Shown here: one piece after another, positions 46,409 to 56,359 of the stretch | How positions within the stretch are numbered: position 1 is the stretch's first letter | Layout: every line of letters starts with the position of its first letter | Source: Planctomycetota bacterium | Lineage (GTDB): Bacteria; Planctomycetota; GCA-002687715; DRQF01 | Length of the DNA stretch: 64,000 nt | Assembly: GCA_027001995.1 (NCBI GenBank) | Contig: JALTLO010000023.1 | Location: 19,156-83,155 of the forward strand | Direction of reading: 5' to 3' | Made by a program: the position numbers and the translations under genes | Notes under the pieces: generated by a model | Told to the model about the DNA's origin: nothing | The model's input: the letters and a program-made list of their open reading frames with translations, nothing else | Databases searched by the model: none

Positions 46409-47017
46409 TTAGCCACCGAAACCCATGGCCCACTGTTTCTCGCTGACGAATCCTCGCCAACTCTGACATCGTTGACCTTTCCTTGTGGTGATACAGGGAG
46501 ACCAATCTGGTTGGGTTGGTCGGCGAAGCAAACGCAGCCCACACTCCGACAAAGCTTTGTCACCCTTGGCGTTGTTGCACCGGCGACAAGCAATGACACA
46601 GTTCTCCCAGGTGTTCTTCCCGCCAACAGAGCGAGGCACGACATGGTCAATCGTCATTTCGCTGTGGTGAACGTGGCGCCCACAGTATTGACACAAGTTT
46701 CCATCCCGTCGATGAACATTACGTCGACTGAAAGGGACCTTGTTGCCAGGAATCTTATTGTAAGCCATCAAGACAATGACCTCGGGCAATCGAATAATAA
46801 GATTAGGCGTTCGAATGGCACCCCCTTCAGGCAATGGACTTAGGGTGCACCAAGATTCAAAGTCGTGGACTTGATACGTATCAGGTTGAATGAGGCGGGC
46901 GGAGTCCTTGATGACCAAGTTGAGTGCATGGCGAACCGTCGTTGTGCTGATGGGAACCCATGACTTATTAAGAACTAAAGTCGGGGCCGTTAACCCCCAC
47001 CCAAGAGACTGGCCCAT
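46409..47017 (-). CDS. HNH endonuclease family protein
   Basis: CQYCG...H(H)..TIDHVVPRSVGGKNTWENCVIACRRCNNAKGDK is a complete HNH/His-Me finger with two CxxC pairs. 202 aa, stand-alone. Confidence 0.7.
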   Translation of the reverse strand: MGQSLGWGLTAPTLVLNKSWVPISTTTVRHALNLVIKDSARLIQPDTYQVHDFESWCTLSPLPEGGAIRTPNLIIRLPEVIVLMAYNKIPGNKVPFSRRNVHRRDGNLCQYCGRHVHHSEMTIDHVVPRSVGGKNTWENCVIACRRCNNAKGDKALSECGLRLLRRPTQPDWSPCITTRKGQRCQSWRGFVSEKQWAMGFGG

Positions 47018-47216
47018 TTGGGATCTCCTCTGTGCGTGAAACTTAATTCAGATAATTATAGGGCCTCTAGGGCCCAAAACACTGCAGAATTCTTCTCCAG
47101 CCACCGGAAAAGGCCTAGTTTTTGAGGATTAGATTGCCAAGAAGAGCCCCCCATAGAAGTTATAGTTGAGCCGAACTCGGTCTCTCTTCTTGAGATCGTC
47201 ATAACGGAAATAATCC

Positions 47217-47741
47217 ATGATGAACCCACAATCTCGCATTCGTAAACTCTTCATTGGCGCAGCCTTAGGTGTCAGCTGCATATTCTCACAAGGGTGCAGA
47301 AGCGTAGAAGAAACCCGCAACCCATTGAGTGATACCCTCGTGGGAATGGGTGCAACCGCCCCTGTTGAAGTAAAGAACACCTCTGAGGAGTTGTCACGGA
47401 TTCAATTCGATGATATCCCGGTGCCTCCCGGATTCTTCTTCAGGAACCATCGCAATGAAAGCTATAGCTTTGTCGATGGTGACTTACGGCTGGGCCGTTT
47501 TGTCTATTGGGGCCGCAGTTTTGCTGCACCGTCCCGTCGTCAATACCTGGAATTGCTGGCCAAGGATCCGTACAACTGGACTCCTGTTTCTGGTTTCTCT
47601 GAAAACGAAACAGGCCCATGGATATTCGAAAAGAATGGTGAACGTTGTGTTGTCACGAGTCGACGCTTCTTTCATGACGCCAGGAATGGCAATGTGATCA
47701 CCGTTTCCGTTGGAAAGCACGTGAAATATGACGACAAATAA
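47217..47741 (+). CDS. hypothetical lipoprotein
   Basis: Signal peptide plus SQGC lipobox. 174 aa. Overlaps the next gene by 14 nt. Confidence 0.4.
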   Translation: MMNPQSRIRKLFIGAALGVSCIFSQGCRSVEETRNPLSDTLVGMGATAPVEVKNTSEELSRIQFDDIPVPPGFFFRNHRNESYSFVDGDLRLGRFVYWGRSFAAPSRRQYLELLAKDPYNWTPVSGFSENETGPWIFEKNGERCVVTSRRFFHDARNGNVITVSVGKHVKYDDK

Positions 47742-49113
47742 CGACGCAGACGCCAAGAACGCCCCCTGGTGGGAACGCCTGACAGATTCTTCTACAGACG
47801 CTGATTCTGGCCGTCGCACCATGAAGCTTCTCATGATCCTCGCTGTTGTGATCCTGATTGGCGTGAGCGTCTGGAACTTCATGAAGAGTTCCGACGCAAG
47901 CGCAGAGAATCAAAGAGCTGAGATTCTTGAAGAAGGGCTCCTTCTTCTGCCGGATCGCCCTGACATGAACTATGGCAGCATTCCCGACATCACCTCTATC
48001 ATGATGGGGCAACGAGCCACCGTGTCTTCGGCCTTCCTACGAAGCCGTCCTGGACTTGTCGGACGTGATTCCGTTGCCGGAAATCGCCAGGACCCAGAAG
48101 CTGCCAAGGCCTACAAAGAAGCTGTTGAGGTCGCTATTCAAGACCTCAAGGACAAAAAGTCCGAATTTCCAGAAGGTCCATGGGAAGCCCGCTATCTTCA
48201 CACATTGCAGCAGCTCCACTTTTTTGCTGCTCTCAATAGCAGCAAGCAAGAAGACCGTCTCTCGCATCTCAATGCGCAGATCGCTATTTTAGACGACCTG
48301 AAGAGCCGATACGGCAAGGAGGGCCTATTCTCCCTCAAGCCTATCCCTGCAGAGCCAGAAAAGACCGTGTTGGACTTCTACTATGATGCCGGCACCGCTG
48401 AGCTCGCATTCTGGAAAGCCAACAACGTCGACGGCGCCCTCAAACCAGATCAAAACCTGAAAATCGTGATTGAGCTGGAGAACGGCAAGGTTCTCGAATT
48501 AGAGACTTTCAGCCAGATAGCCCCCGTAACTTTGGCCAACTTCCTAAACTTGGCGAAACAGGGCATGTTTGACGGAACCGCATTTTTCAAGGTTGACGCA
48601 GACGCTGGAACCTTCGTCGGGGGAAGCCCTTACAGCCGTCTCTACCCAGATCGCAAGTTCATCTGGGGCTTAGAAAGCCCGGGCTATGTCTTGCCAATGG
48701 AGACCTCGGCCCTGTTGCCAACAGACCGGGGTGCGGTTTCCGTGGTGCGTACGGGAATTCCGGGTCATGGCCTATTCTTCAAAATTCATACCGTTGACGC
48801 GGATGTTTCGAGCTCTGTAGAAACAGTGTTTGCCAAAGTCACCAAGGGACTGGATGGCTTGGCGGAATGGCTCACAACAGAAGTTCATGATGAAGCCGGT
48901 CTGACCAACGACAAGTTGCCTCGGGTTCGCCTTGGCATCAAGAAGATCACCGTGACTGGCACCATGGATCATCCTTCGGATGACAGCTGGAAACCAAAGC
49001 TGCTCGAGATGAATCCGGGGCCAGAAACAGCCGCCGAAAAAGCTTTCATGGAGAAGCTCAAGGCTGTTAAAGAAAACAAAGACAAAGATGATTCGACAGA
49101 GAGCGGGAAGTAA
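47728..49113 (+). CDS. membrane-anchored cyclophilin-type peptidyl-prolyl isomerase domain protein
   Basis: N-terminal TM, a ~250-aa linker, then a cyclophilin-like core (VTLANFLNLAKQGMFDGTAFFKV...FVGGSPY...GLFFKIHTV). 461 aa. Confidence 0.55.
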   Translation: MTTNNDADAKNAPWWERLTDSSTDADSGRRTMKLLMILAVVILIGVSVWNFMKSSDASAENQRAEILEEGLLLLPDRPDMNYGSIPDITSIMMGQRATVSSAFLRSRPGLVGRDSVAGNRQDPEAAKAYKEAVEVAIQDLKDKKSEFPEGPWEARYLHTLQQLHFFAALNSSKQEDRLSHLNAQIAILDDLKSRYGKEGLFSLKPIPAEPEKTVLDFYYDAGTAELAFWKANNVDGALKPDQNLKIVIELENGKVLELETFSQIAPVTLANFLNLAKQGMFDGTAFFKVDADAGTFVGGSPYSRLYPDRKFIWGLESPGYVLPMETSALLPTDRGAVSVVRTGIPGHGLFFKIHTVDADVSSSVETVFAKVTKGLDGLAEWLTTEVHDEAGLTNDKLPRVRLGIKKITVTGTMDHPSDDSWKPKLLEMNPGPETAAEKAFMEKLKAVKENKDKDDSTESGK

Positions 49114-49218
49114 CAGCCCACACTCCAAGATAAATCTTCAATCGGTTTCACAGAAAAAGCCAACCCCCAGAGGTTGGCTTTTTCTATGGTTCGCGCTAAA
49201 GACTTTCACAACAACAAC

Positions 49219-50136
49219 TTACAGACCTTCGCCACCATCCATTTCCAAGGTTGGTCGTTGGGCCTGTGCGCCTTCCTCGATGCAAGACAAGATCCTATTG
49301 AGGGAAGACGTGTCATAGTACTCGATAACAATACGGCCCTTCTTGCCTTTTCCGGAGAGTGCCACCTTGGTTCCAAGGGCCTCTCGCAAACGACTGACCA
49401 CGGCCGTGAGATGGGGGTCCCTTCCTCCCCCACTAGGCAAGGCTCCCCCTTCTTTCGTTCCACTTGAAAGCCGAGACAACCGCTCGAGATCTCGAACCGT
49501 CAACGCCCCTTTTGCGGCCTCCTTCGCCGCTGAAAGCTGGCGCTTAGGGTCGGTGAAAGCCAACAAAGCTTTTGCTTGGCCCATAGACAAGAGCCGAGCC
49601 GATGTCATCTCTTGAATCTCCCCAGGCAAATCTAAAAGTCGAACAAAGTTCGCTACGGTGGAACGTTTTTGGCTCAGCCTCTTAGCGGCTTCCCCTTGGG
49701 TTAAACTAAACTCACGGATCAGCTTGCTGTAAGCCTTGGCTTTTTCGATTGGATCCAGATCTTCCCGTTGGATGTTTTCGATCAGAGCCAACTCGAGCAT
49801 CTCTTGATCGTTCACATCATGAATCGTGGCAGGAATCGTCTCCAGTCCCAGTTCGCTGGACGCCCGCCAGCGACGTTCGCCAGAAATGAGCTCATAGCCA
49901 TCCTCTACCTTGCGAACCGCAACTGGTTGAATGATCCCATGGAGCCGAATGCTCTCGATCAAGTCATTGAGGGCTTCTAGGTCAAAGATCCGGCGGGGCT
50001 GATGTACATTCGGGCGAATGGAAGCCACTGGGACAACCCCAATCGGCTCTGGACTTGTCTCTGTGGATTCTTCCTTCTCAGGAGTCGTTCGCTTGATGAG
50101 AAAATCGAGTCCTCTACCAAGTTTTCTTTCTACCAT
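49219..50136 (-). CDS. parB: chromosome partitioning protein ParB (Spo0J)
   Basis: ParB-box II GERRWRA and the HTH-region motif LALIENIQREDLDPIEKA. 305 aa. Confidence 0.85.
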   Translation of the reverse strand: MVERKLGRGLDFLIKRTTPEKEESTETSPEPIGVVPVASIRPNVHQPRRIFDLEALNDLIESIRLHGIIQPVAVRKVEDGYELISGERRWRASSELGLETIPATIHDVNDQEMLELALIENIQREDLDPIEKAKAYSKLIREFSLTQGEAAKRLSQKRSTVANFVRLLDLPGEIQEMTSARLLSMGQAKALLAFTDPKRQLSAAKEAAKGALTVRDLERLSRLSSGTKEGGALPSGGGRDPHLTAVVSRLREALGTKVALSGKGKKGRIVIEYYDTSSLNRILSCIEEGAQAQRPTLEMDGGEGL

Positions 50137-50881
50137 GTGTCATAACTTCCTTTGCAAATTGAACATAGGCCCGAGCAGCCCTCGATTCTAGTGAATACTG
50201 AAGCAGTGTTTGCTTTGCTGATTGGCTTTCACGCACTTTTTCGTCCCTGGGGATAACCGTGGGAGAAAACAATTCTGGGTACTCAAAATCCAAATCCCGC
50301 CTAACATCAGCAGATAAGCTGTTGCGATCACGAAAACGTGTCATCAAAATTCGAATAGAGACATCTTTGTCAGCCAACGGCTCTCGGACATCTCGAATAA
50401 ATGTGAGAATCTCAGCGGTGGACTCTTTGGCGAACAACTCCGCCTCCACAGGAATAACGACGGTGTCTGCTACACACAGAGCCGCAGTGGTCCAAGAATT
50501 GAGGGCTGAGGGGCAATCAATGACGCACCAAGGATACTGAAACCTGAGCTCCCTCAAGGCCGCCTGGAGGTGAATGTGGGCATCTGGGGCCAAAATGACG
50601 TTTTCGGTTCCGATATCAGAAGGAATCAGGTCCAACCCCGCAACAACAGAGCGCACAAGGAGACCAATGGAGCTTACCTGCTCCTCTCCAGCCAAGACTC
50701 GCTCTAAGACCCCTGTTTGGGGCCGCGCTACCGACAACTGGCTGGACACATCGCCTTTGTCGTCAAAATCCAGCAAAAGGGCCCCTTGGCCACCCAAAGC
50801 GAAGGCTTGGGCAATATTGAGGGCTGTGGTTGTTTTTCCAACCCCTTCTCTTGGACTGACAATTGTGACGATGCGACTCAT
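50114..50881 (-). CDS. parA: chromosome partitioning ATPase ParA (Soj)
   Basis: Deviant Walker A (SPREGVGKTTTALNIA). 255 aa. Overlaps parB by 23 nt. Confidence 0.85.
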   Translation of the reverse strand: MSRIVTIVSPREGVGKTTTALNIAQAFALGGQGALLLDFDDKGDVSSQLSVARPQTGVLERVLAGEEQVSSIGLLVRSVVAGLDLIPSDIGTENVILAPDAHIHLQAALRELRFQYPWCVIDCPSALNSWTTAALCVADTVVIPVEAELFAKESTAEILTFIRDVREPLADKDVSIRILMTRFRDRNSLSADVRRDLDFEYPELFSPTVIPRDEKVRESQSAKQTLLQYSLESRAARAYVQFAKEVMTHGRKKTW

Positions 50882-50957
50882 ATGCGGTTCTTCGATATTG
50901 GTTTACGGGCAGATCCTACTCAATCCCAAGGACGATCCCCCAGATTCACAGAAAAGG

Positions 50958-50973
50958 TGTTCCACGTGGAACA
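50958..50973. promoter_or_regulatory. parS: parS-like centromere site 1 (TGTTCCACGTGGAACA)
   Basis: Perfect 16-bp palindrome that matches the parS consensus TGTTTCACGTGAAACA at 14 of 16 positions, with a symmetric change. Lies 77 nt upstream of parA. Confidence 0.7.
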
Positions 50974-50995
50974 ATCGGACAGGCAGCATCTTCTT

Positions 50996-51011
50996 TGTTC
51001 CACGTGGAACA
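50996..51011. promoter_or_regulatory. parS: parS-like centromere site 2 (TGTTCCACGTGGAACA)
   Basis: Identical second copy 22 nt downstream of site 1. Confidence 0.7.
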
Positions 51012-51075
51012 ATCTCCCAGATCCGACCTAACAACAAACCCAGGCCGTGTTTCCATAGATTAACCATAGCAGTCC

Positions 51076-51891
51076 TTGACACTCCCCACCCTTGTGACCT
51101 ATGACTTTTCTGTGAACCCCTCAATAGGAGCTATCATGATGGTCTGGAACATTATCCAAACAGCGCTACGGACCATGTGGCGATCGAAAAAGGCCGTCGT
51201 TCTATGTGGAACCGTCACCTTCATCTCCACCGTGGCAGCGGTGATGCCCCTTCGCCTGTCCACCGAGTCAAATCCTTGGTCCAACTCGTTCTTGGCCCTA
51301 CAACTCTTGATGTTTCTGGGATTTGCCCTCACCATCACCCTACCGAACCACAGCTCAACGGGCTTTCTATGGAATCAACGCCGTATTGGGCCCATCAATC
51401 TATCCAGCGAACGACTGCTTTTGTCCCAGCTCACAGGGGAAATCATAGGCGCCGCCCTCATTTGGGCCATCGTTGTGGTCCTCCAGTCCTATTTCATGAC
51501 AACCCTCACAGAAACGAATGCTTTCAGGGACTTTCTATTTCATTCCGCCATCATGCTCGTCGCAGGCATCACCCTCTTGGCATGGGCTCAGGCCATAGGC
51601 AGTCTCTTGCCCATCCCCGCAGCCATGTTGGTTGTGATCTGTATTGTTGTACTCAACCACTTCCTTCTGGACATTCAAGCCAACCCGGGCAACATCTACC
51701 TCACGAGCCTCAGCCTGGGGATCGAGCTCATTGCCAACCAAGACAACCACCAGGTGGATTGGCCTTATGTCGCCATGATCCTCGTTCTCATGGGAAGTTC
51801 TATTGGTATCGCTAACCTTTTGTCCGCTTGGATCTTAGAGGGTTATCGGGGCTCTTTGTGTTTCCTTGACCAAGGGAAGAGAAGGTCTTAG
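51076..51891 (+). CDS. hypothetical polytopic membrane protein
   Basis: 271 aa with at least 6 hydrophobic segments. The start is probably an internal Met (51136). Confidence 0.4.
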   Translation: MTLPTLVTYDFSVNPSIGAIMMVWNIIQTALRTMWRSKKAVVLCGTVTFISTVAAVMPLRLSTESNPWSNSFLALQLLMFLGFALTITLPNHSSTGFLWNQRRIGPINLSSERLLLSQLTGEIIGAALIWAIVVVLQSYFMTTLTETNAFRDFLFHSAIMLVAGITLLAWAQAIGSLLPIPAAMLVVICIVVLNHFLLDIQANPGNIYLTSLSLGIELIANQDNHQVDWPYVAMILVLMGSSIGIANLLSAWILEGYRGSLCFLDQGKRRS

Positions 51892-52726
51892 AATCCCCCT
51901 TGATCTTGGTCGTTTGACAAAAACAACTGTCGCAAGATCAATTACGAAGAGAATCGGAATCCTGTCTTCGCGGACATCGGTTTCATGGGAAGGGCATTCG
52001 TTGCGCTACGGCATTTTAGGTGACATACACGGAAACCTGGAAGCCCTCGAGACCGTTGTTTCTGGGCTCAAGAAAGAGGGGGTCGACCACTTTATAAGTG
52101 TAGGCGACATCGTGGGTTATGGCGCCAACCCCAGAGAATGCATCCAAATCGTTCAAGACTTAAATGCCACCGTTGTGGCTGGAAACCACGACTGGGCTGC
52201 CATCGGCAAACTAGACGCAACATTCTTCAATGTCTATGCCAAACAGGCCGTCGACTGGACATCCTCTGTCCTGTCAAAAGCAGACACGGATTGGCTCAAG
52301 GCGTTGCCACTTATCCAAGTTGTCGACAATGAAATCACCGTGGGACATGCCACGATCGCAGACCCAGACCAATTCAACTACATCCAAACTTATTACGATG
52401 CTGCCCGATCGATCAACGAAATGAAGACCCATGTGGCTGTTCTGGGCCATTCACATGTGCCTTTGGCCTTTCTCATGAACGAATCTTTGCGATTATCGGT
52501 CTCTACAAAGATTGATCTTTCTAAAACCAAAAAAGCTTTGATCAACGTGGGGAGCATAGGCCAGCCCCGAGACGAAAACGCCAAAGCTGCCTACGGGCTC
52601 TACGACTCGGACACTCAGACCTATCGACTGAAGCGGGCCAGATATGACATACGCACAACCTGCAAGAAGATCATCGATGCTGGTTTGCCCCAGATCTTGG
52701 CAGAGCGGCTCAAATACGGCCGATAG
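51866..52726 (+). CDS. calcineurin-like metallophosphoesterase (Ser/Thr phosphatase or ApaH-like)
   Basis: GDIHGN, GDIVGYG and GNHD motifs. The start is uncertain. Confidence 0.7.
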   Translation: MTKGREGLRIPLDLGRLTKTTVARSITKRIGILSSRTSVSWEGHSLRYGILGDIHGNLEALETVVSGLKKEGVDHFISVGDIVGYGANPRECIQIVQDLNATVVAGNHDWAAIGKLDATFFNVYAKQAVDWTSSVLSKADTDWLKALPLIQVVDNEITVGHATIADPDQFNYIQTYYDAARSINEMKTHVAVLGHSHVPLAFLMNESLRLSVSTKIDLSKTKKALINVGSIGQPRDENAKAAYGLYDSDTQTYRLKRARYDIRTTCKKIIDAGLPQILAERLKYGR

Positions 52727-52741
52727 ATCGGCAAAGAGAAG

Positions 52742-53272
52742 TTACTGGTCTAAGGGGATAATTTCGCCTCGAGCGGTTTGACCATCAATCTCTAAGATTC
52801 CGACGCTTGCGGGAACCTTACCATCTCGGCGCGATGCGCTACCCGGACTAAACCACAAACGATCCTGGACTGATGCGTTAAATGGTTCGCCGGCGTGACC
52901 ATAAATTAAGACTTTCGGCTCATGCTCAATGAGCAATTGGGTTATCTCGGCGTTGGGCCGGCTTGGAGTGCCAACATCATAGCTCACTAGCAATGGGAGG
53001 CCCCAGTCTCCTCGAAAGAGTGATTTTCCCAAGGGATAATCCGCTGGGTCATCTGTGTCACCCAAGACCCCGGTGATGGGGGAGAGGTTGGACAACTCCT
53101 CCAAGATTCCTTGCCCGCCAATTCCACCGCAATGAAGGATGTAGTCCATACCCTGAAAAATGTGGGGGATCCGTGGGTGGATCTCCCCAAAAGTGTCTGC
53201 TAATACACCGATCCACATACTGTTCTTCACTACTTGCGTTTCCCAATTCTTGACAAGAGGCCTTGGTGCCAA
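52742..53272 (-). CDS. YfcE/MJ0936-type metallophosphoesterase
   Basis: 176 aa. Collinear with YfcE (LIYGHAG versus VLVYGHTH; FSPGSAS versus FNPGSVS; DYILHCGGIGG). Confidence 0.65.
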   Translation of the reverse strand: MAPRPLVKNWETQVVKNSMWIGVLADTFGEIHPRIPHIFQGMDYILHCGGIGGQGILEELSNLSPITGVLGDTDDPADYPLGKSLFRGDWGLPLLVSYDVGTPSRPNAEITQLLIEHEPKVLIYGHAGEPFNASVQDRLWFSPGSASRRDGKVPASVGILEIDGQTARGEIIPLDQ

Positions 53273-53478
53273 GCGTTCAGTAGGTTCCGATAACGATCAT
53301 CCCATACGCTTAAGTAAGCAAGTCCACTTGGAGCGCCCACCAATTCAGAGGAGAATAACGAGGCACCCAAGACAAATCGAGAGATAGAAGAGGGCAAGAA
53401 TGATAAATAGGGGAGAAAACCAAGGGTAAGAACCTAACTCACACCCACACAGGGGTTTCGAAGACACCATCCCGTACT

Positions 53479-54810
53479 CTAAGAACGAAGATAGTCCAAT
53501 TCATCAGGCAAATTATCTAAACCATCTTCGCCCAAGCGATTCTCAAACAGCATCTCGATGTGCTTCACGGGCAGATGGTCGCCAACGAAGCCCACAACCC
53601 TTTCGCCTAGATGGCGACCTGCAAGCAAGATAACCTGCATTATTGAACCCGCATAACACTTGTCGCTGCCAAAACCGATTGTCACAGGAACGTTGTGGTG
53701 AGCAACGATTTTCGCAATCAAAGACGCTGGCCGGGCATGAAGAATAACCCCATCAGGCAAAGGCAGCTCAACGGAAATCGAAGTGGTGAATTCACTCAAG
53801 AGTGATTCCGCAGCTGGAACCCCAGCCTCCATGAACTGGTAAACGAAATAGAGAGCAAAATTCAAAATACGATCCAAGACCATCGACTTGTCGATGAGCT
53901 CTGGAACCGCCGATTTTGACACTTCGCTTCGAAGATCGTCCTCATGGCGTTCATAGAAGTGAACCAAGCTCACTAAAACTTTTGTCAAATGCAAAGACAT
54001 CGACAGGGCGTGGCGAAAATCTCTCAGGACGTCATTGTTTATTTCGATGGGTGTATTCGAAATAAAGGTGTCGTAACGAGACTGGATGTTTTGGAGTTTT
54101 GCCTCCAAAAAACGAGCTTGTTCTTCGTTGCATACCCGCGAAACAAACTTACGCATCTCGTGGACATCGTCAAAGCGTTGGCAAGGAGCTCGTTCGTTCA
54201 TGGTCTTGTGGGCCGCCAGAAAGAGCGATGCTTCTGTGGCAACCATGGCACCCACATCCTCGTGATCATCAGCGCCCAAAGTGTGTGGCAATCGCTGTCG
54301 GGTGCCGTCCGGCGATAATACCTGAAGAGGTGTCTCGTCGACTGCTGACAAATCGCAACAAAGAGCCGCTTCCTTGTGAATGCTTGACAAAAGGCCACGG
54401 ACACATGTGTCGGCAAAACGCTGGGTTGATTCAACCTCGCGCCGAAACGCTTCGTCTTTCTCCGGACTTCCCAAAAAACCAGCGGCGCGGGTGTGCAGCG
54501 ATAAGATCTTGAGCCCTTGCCCAACAGAACTGAAGGCCCGCAATGAAGACACGAGCTCCAACATTCCAGCAAACGTCTCATTGAAACGGGCACCATGATC
54601 ATCCAACAAGTCTTCTACGATGGTTGATTGCTCAAGGATCGTGCTGTGCACCTTGCGGGACAGCCGTGATTTCTGATTCTGGACGGCGAGACAATCAATG
54701 TGAACGAGCACCCGAATCCGTTCGGTTAACATCACGGAGAATTCCTCTTCAGAACAAAATTGTCTGGAGAGGGTGGCAGGCTCTGGTTGTTCCTCAGATT
54801 CAGAATTCAT
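53479..54810 (-). CDS. hypothetical two-domain protein with a C-terminal HPr-like phosphocarrier domain
   Basis: The last ~85 aa read GVILHARPASLIAKIVAHHNVPVTIGFGSDKCYAGSIMQVILLAGRHLGERVVGFVGD, which parallels HPr GLHTRPAAQFVKEA...KSASAKSLFKLQTLGL..G..V, including the phospho-His position. The N-terminal ~350 aa are helical with no known family. Confidence 0.5.
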   Translation of the reverse strand: MNSESEEQPEPATLSRQFCSEEEFSVMLTERIRVLVHIDCLAVQNQKSRLSRKVHSTILEQSTIVEDLLDDHGARFNETFAGMLELVSSLRAFSSVGQGLKILSLHTRAAGFLGSPEKDEAFRREVESTQRFADTCVRGLLSSIHKEAALCCDLSAVDETPLQVLSPDGTRQRLPHTLGADDHEDVGAMVATEASLFLAAHKTMNERAPCQRFDDVHEMRKFVSRVCNEEQARFLEAKLQNIQSRYDTFISNTPIEINNDVLRDFRHALSMSLHLTKVLVSLVHFYERHEDDLRSEVSKSAVPELIDKSMVLDRILNFALYFVYQFMEAGVPAAESLLSEFTTSISVELPLPDGVILHARPASLIAKIVAHHNVPVTIGFGSDKCYAGSIMQVILLAGRHLGERVVGFVGDHLPVKHIEMLFENRLGEDGLDNLPDELDYLRS

Positions 54811-55054
54811 CTAATTGACAGACTGCTCTCGCATGGGCGTATTCTTGTGTGACATCAATAACAAGAGACTATGAGCGAAGTTACGGCAGTTGTCAAGACT
54901 ACACCTTACCTTGCAGGTGCGACAAAACAACGCTAACATGTGCTGCAATATGGTCTTCCGACAGGTCTTAGATTCGTAGCAAAACGAAATCAAACGGAGA
55001 TCACCAGATGATGCCAACCCAAATAGCGCACAATGCGGACATCAAAAAGAGCCT

Positions 55055-56296
55055 ATGAGCAACCAAGTCCGATGTTTGATTTCCGTCCTTCTCCCTCTCA
55101 TAGACTTCGCATCTTGTAGTGTCGGCCTCATCTATTTTGGGGACTTCTCACCCATTTTGGCCTTCATCTTGGCCCTAATTTTCTGTGGCGCCAGCCACCT
55201 TTTGTGTTTGACCGATCCACTCTGTTCTCCGAGACCATCCACCGCCTTATTGGCTATCGGGGCGCTTTGTTCCCTTGGTTTCATAGGGACTCTTGGATTG
55301 GAAAGAACCCACAACCTCTTCGCCTGGGCCATGGTTGGCACTTTCATGTGGTTGGGGCGATTCATCTTGAAGGTTCTTTGCCAAATCCAGGCACAACCTG
55401 TTGCAATCCGGGGCGCAGGCCCAAGATCTCGCTTGGTCGCCTTGGCAATACAGAGGCAACCTTATGGTACTTATCGACTTAAGGCATTGTTAAGCAATCG
55501 CGCTCGCACTGCGGGTCTTCCTGCTCCCTGCTTTCTTAAGAACGCCGAATTGCCCAAGAATTGGCTCATTGTCGACCCCTTGTCCAACCCAGACCTCCGG
55601 GAGTTCTATGATCGTCGTCGTGACTGGGAAGAAAGTGATTGGTGCCTAAGGGCCCCAGAGGGCCCAGGGGATGGGGTTTCAGCTCGATTGAAACGACTAT
55701 TCGACCTCGCTATTGCTACACTTGTACTCATACCCGTGGCTTGTGTCGTGTTGCTTGTCGCTTTGATCATGACCCTCTGTGGCCAAAGGCCTCCGTTTTA
55801 TTCTCAAACGCGGCTCACCCGAGGGTCTAAGTCATTCTCAATTCTAAAACTCCGCACCATGCCCATCGACGCAGAACCCCACAACCAAGCCGTCTGGCCT
55901 CAACGCCACGATACCCGGGTTACTCCTGCTGGTCGTATCTTGCGTCAACTTTGGTTGGACGAATTGCCCCAACTTTGGAATGTGCTCAAAGGCGATCTGT
56001 CTTGGGTGGGGCCCAGGCCCGAGAGGCCAGAATTCTCTCAAGTATTTAGTAAAAGTATTCCGAAATATGCTTTGCGACATCGTGCCATGGCTGGGGTCAC
56101 CGGTCTAGCTCAAACCCGAGGCTTCGTCGGCAATACCAGCCTTCGAAAACGACTCATGTGCGATTTGGAATACATCCGAACCTGGTCACCTTGGCTCGAT
56201 TTGCAGGTCCTCATGAGGACCGTTTGCCAAGTTTTTGTGAGACGCCGACAACCAGTGTTTGATTTCACGCCTGAAGATGGGGAGCGGATTCCCTAG
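55055..56296 (+). CDS. polyprenyl-phosphate sugar phosphotransferase (bacterial sugar transferase, WbaP/WcaJ-like)
   Basis: N-terminal TM helices precede the C-terminal catalytic domain with KLRTMPIDAE and RILRQLWLDELPQLWNVLKGDLSWVGPRPERPEF. Confidence 0.8.
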   Translation: MSNQVRCLISVLLPLIDFASCSVGLIYFGDFSPILAFILALIFCGASHLLCLTDPLCSPRPSTALLAIGALCSLGFIGTLGLERTHNLFAWAMVGTFMWLGRFILKVLCQIQAQPVAIRGAGPRSRLVALAIQRQPYGTYRLKALLSNRARTAGLPAPCFLKNAELPKNWLIVDPLSNPDLREFYDRRRDWEESDWCLRAPEGPGDGVSARLKRLFDLAIATLVLIPVACVVLLVALIMTLCGQRPPFYSQTRLTRGSKSFSILKLRTMPIDAEPHNQAVWPQRHDTRVTPAGRILRQLWLDELPQLWNVLKGDLSWVGPRPERPEFSQVFSKSIPKYALRHRAMAGVTGLAQTRGFVGNTSLRKRLMCDLEYIRTWSPWLDLQVLMRTVCQVFVRRRQPVFDFTPEDGERIP

Positions 56297-56359
56297 CATC
56301 TTGAACGGTGTGAAAGGGAGATTCGTGCTATTTCAGCTCCAAGCTCAATAGAAACCTAC

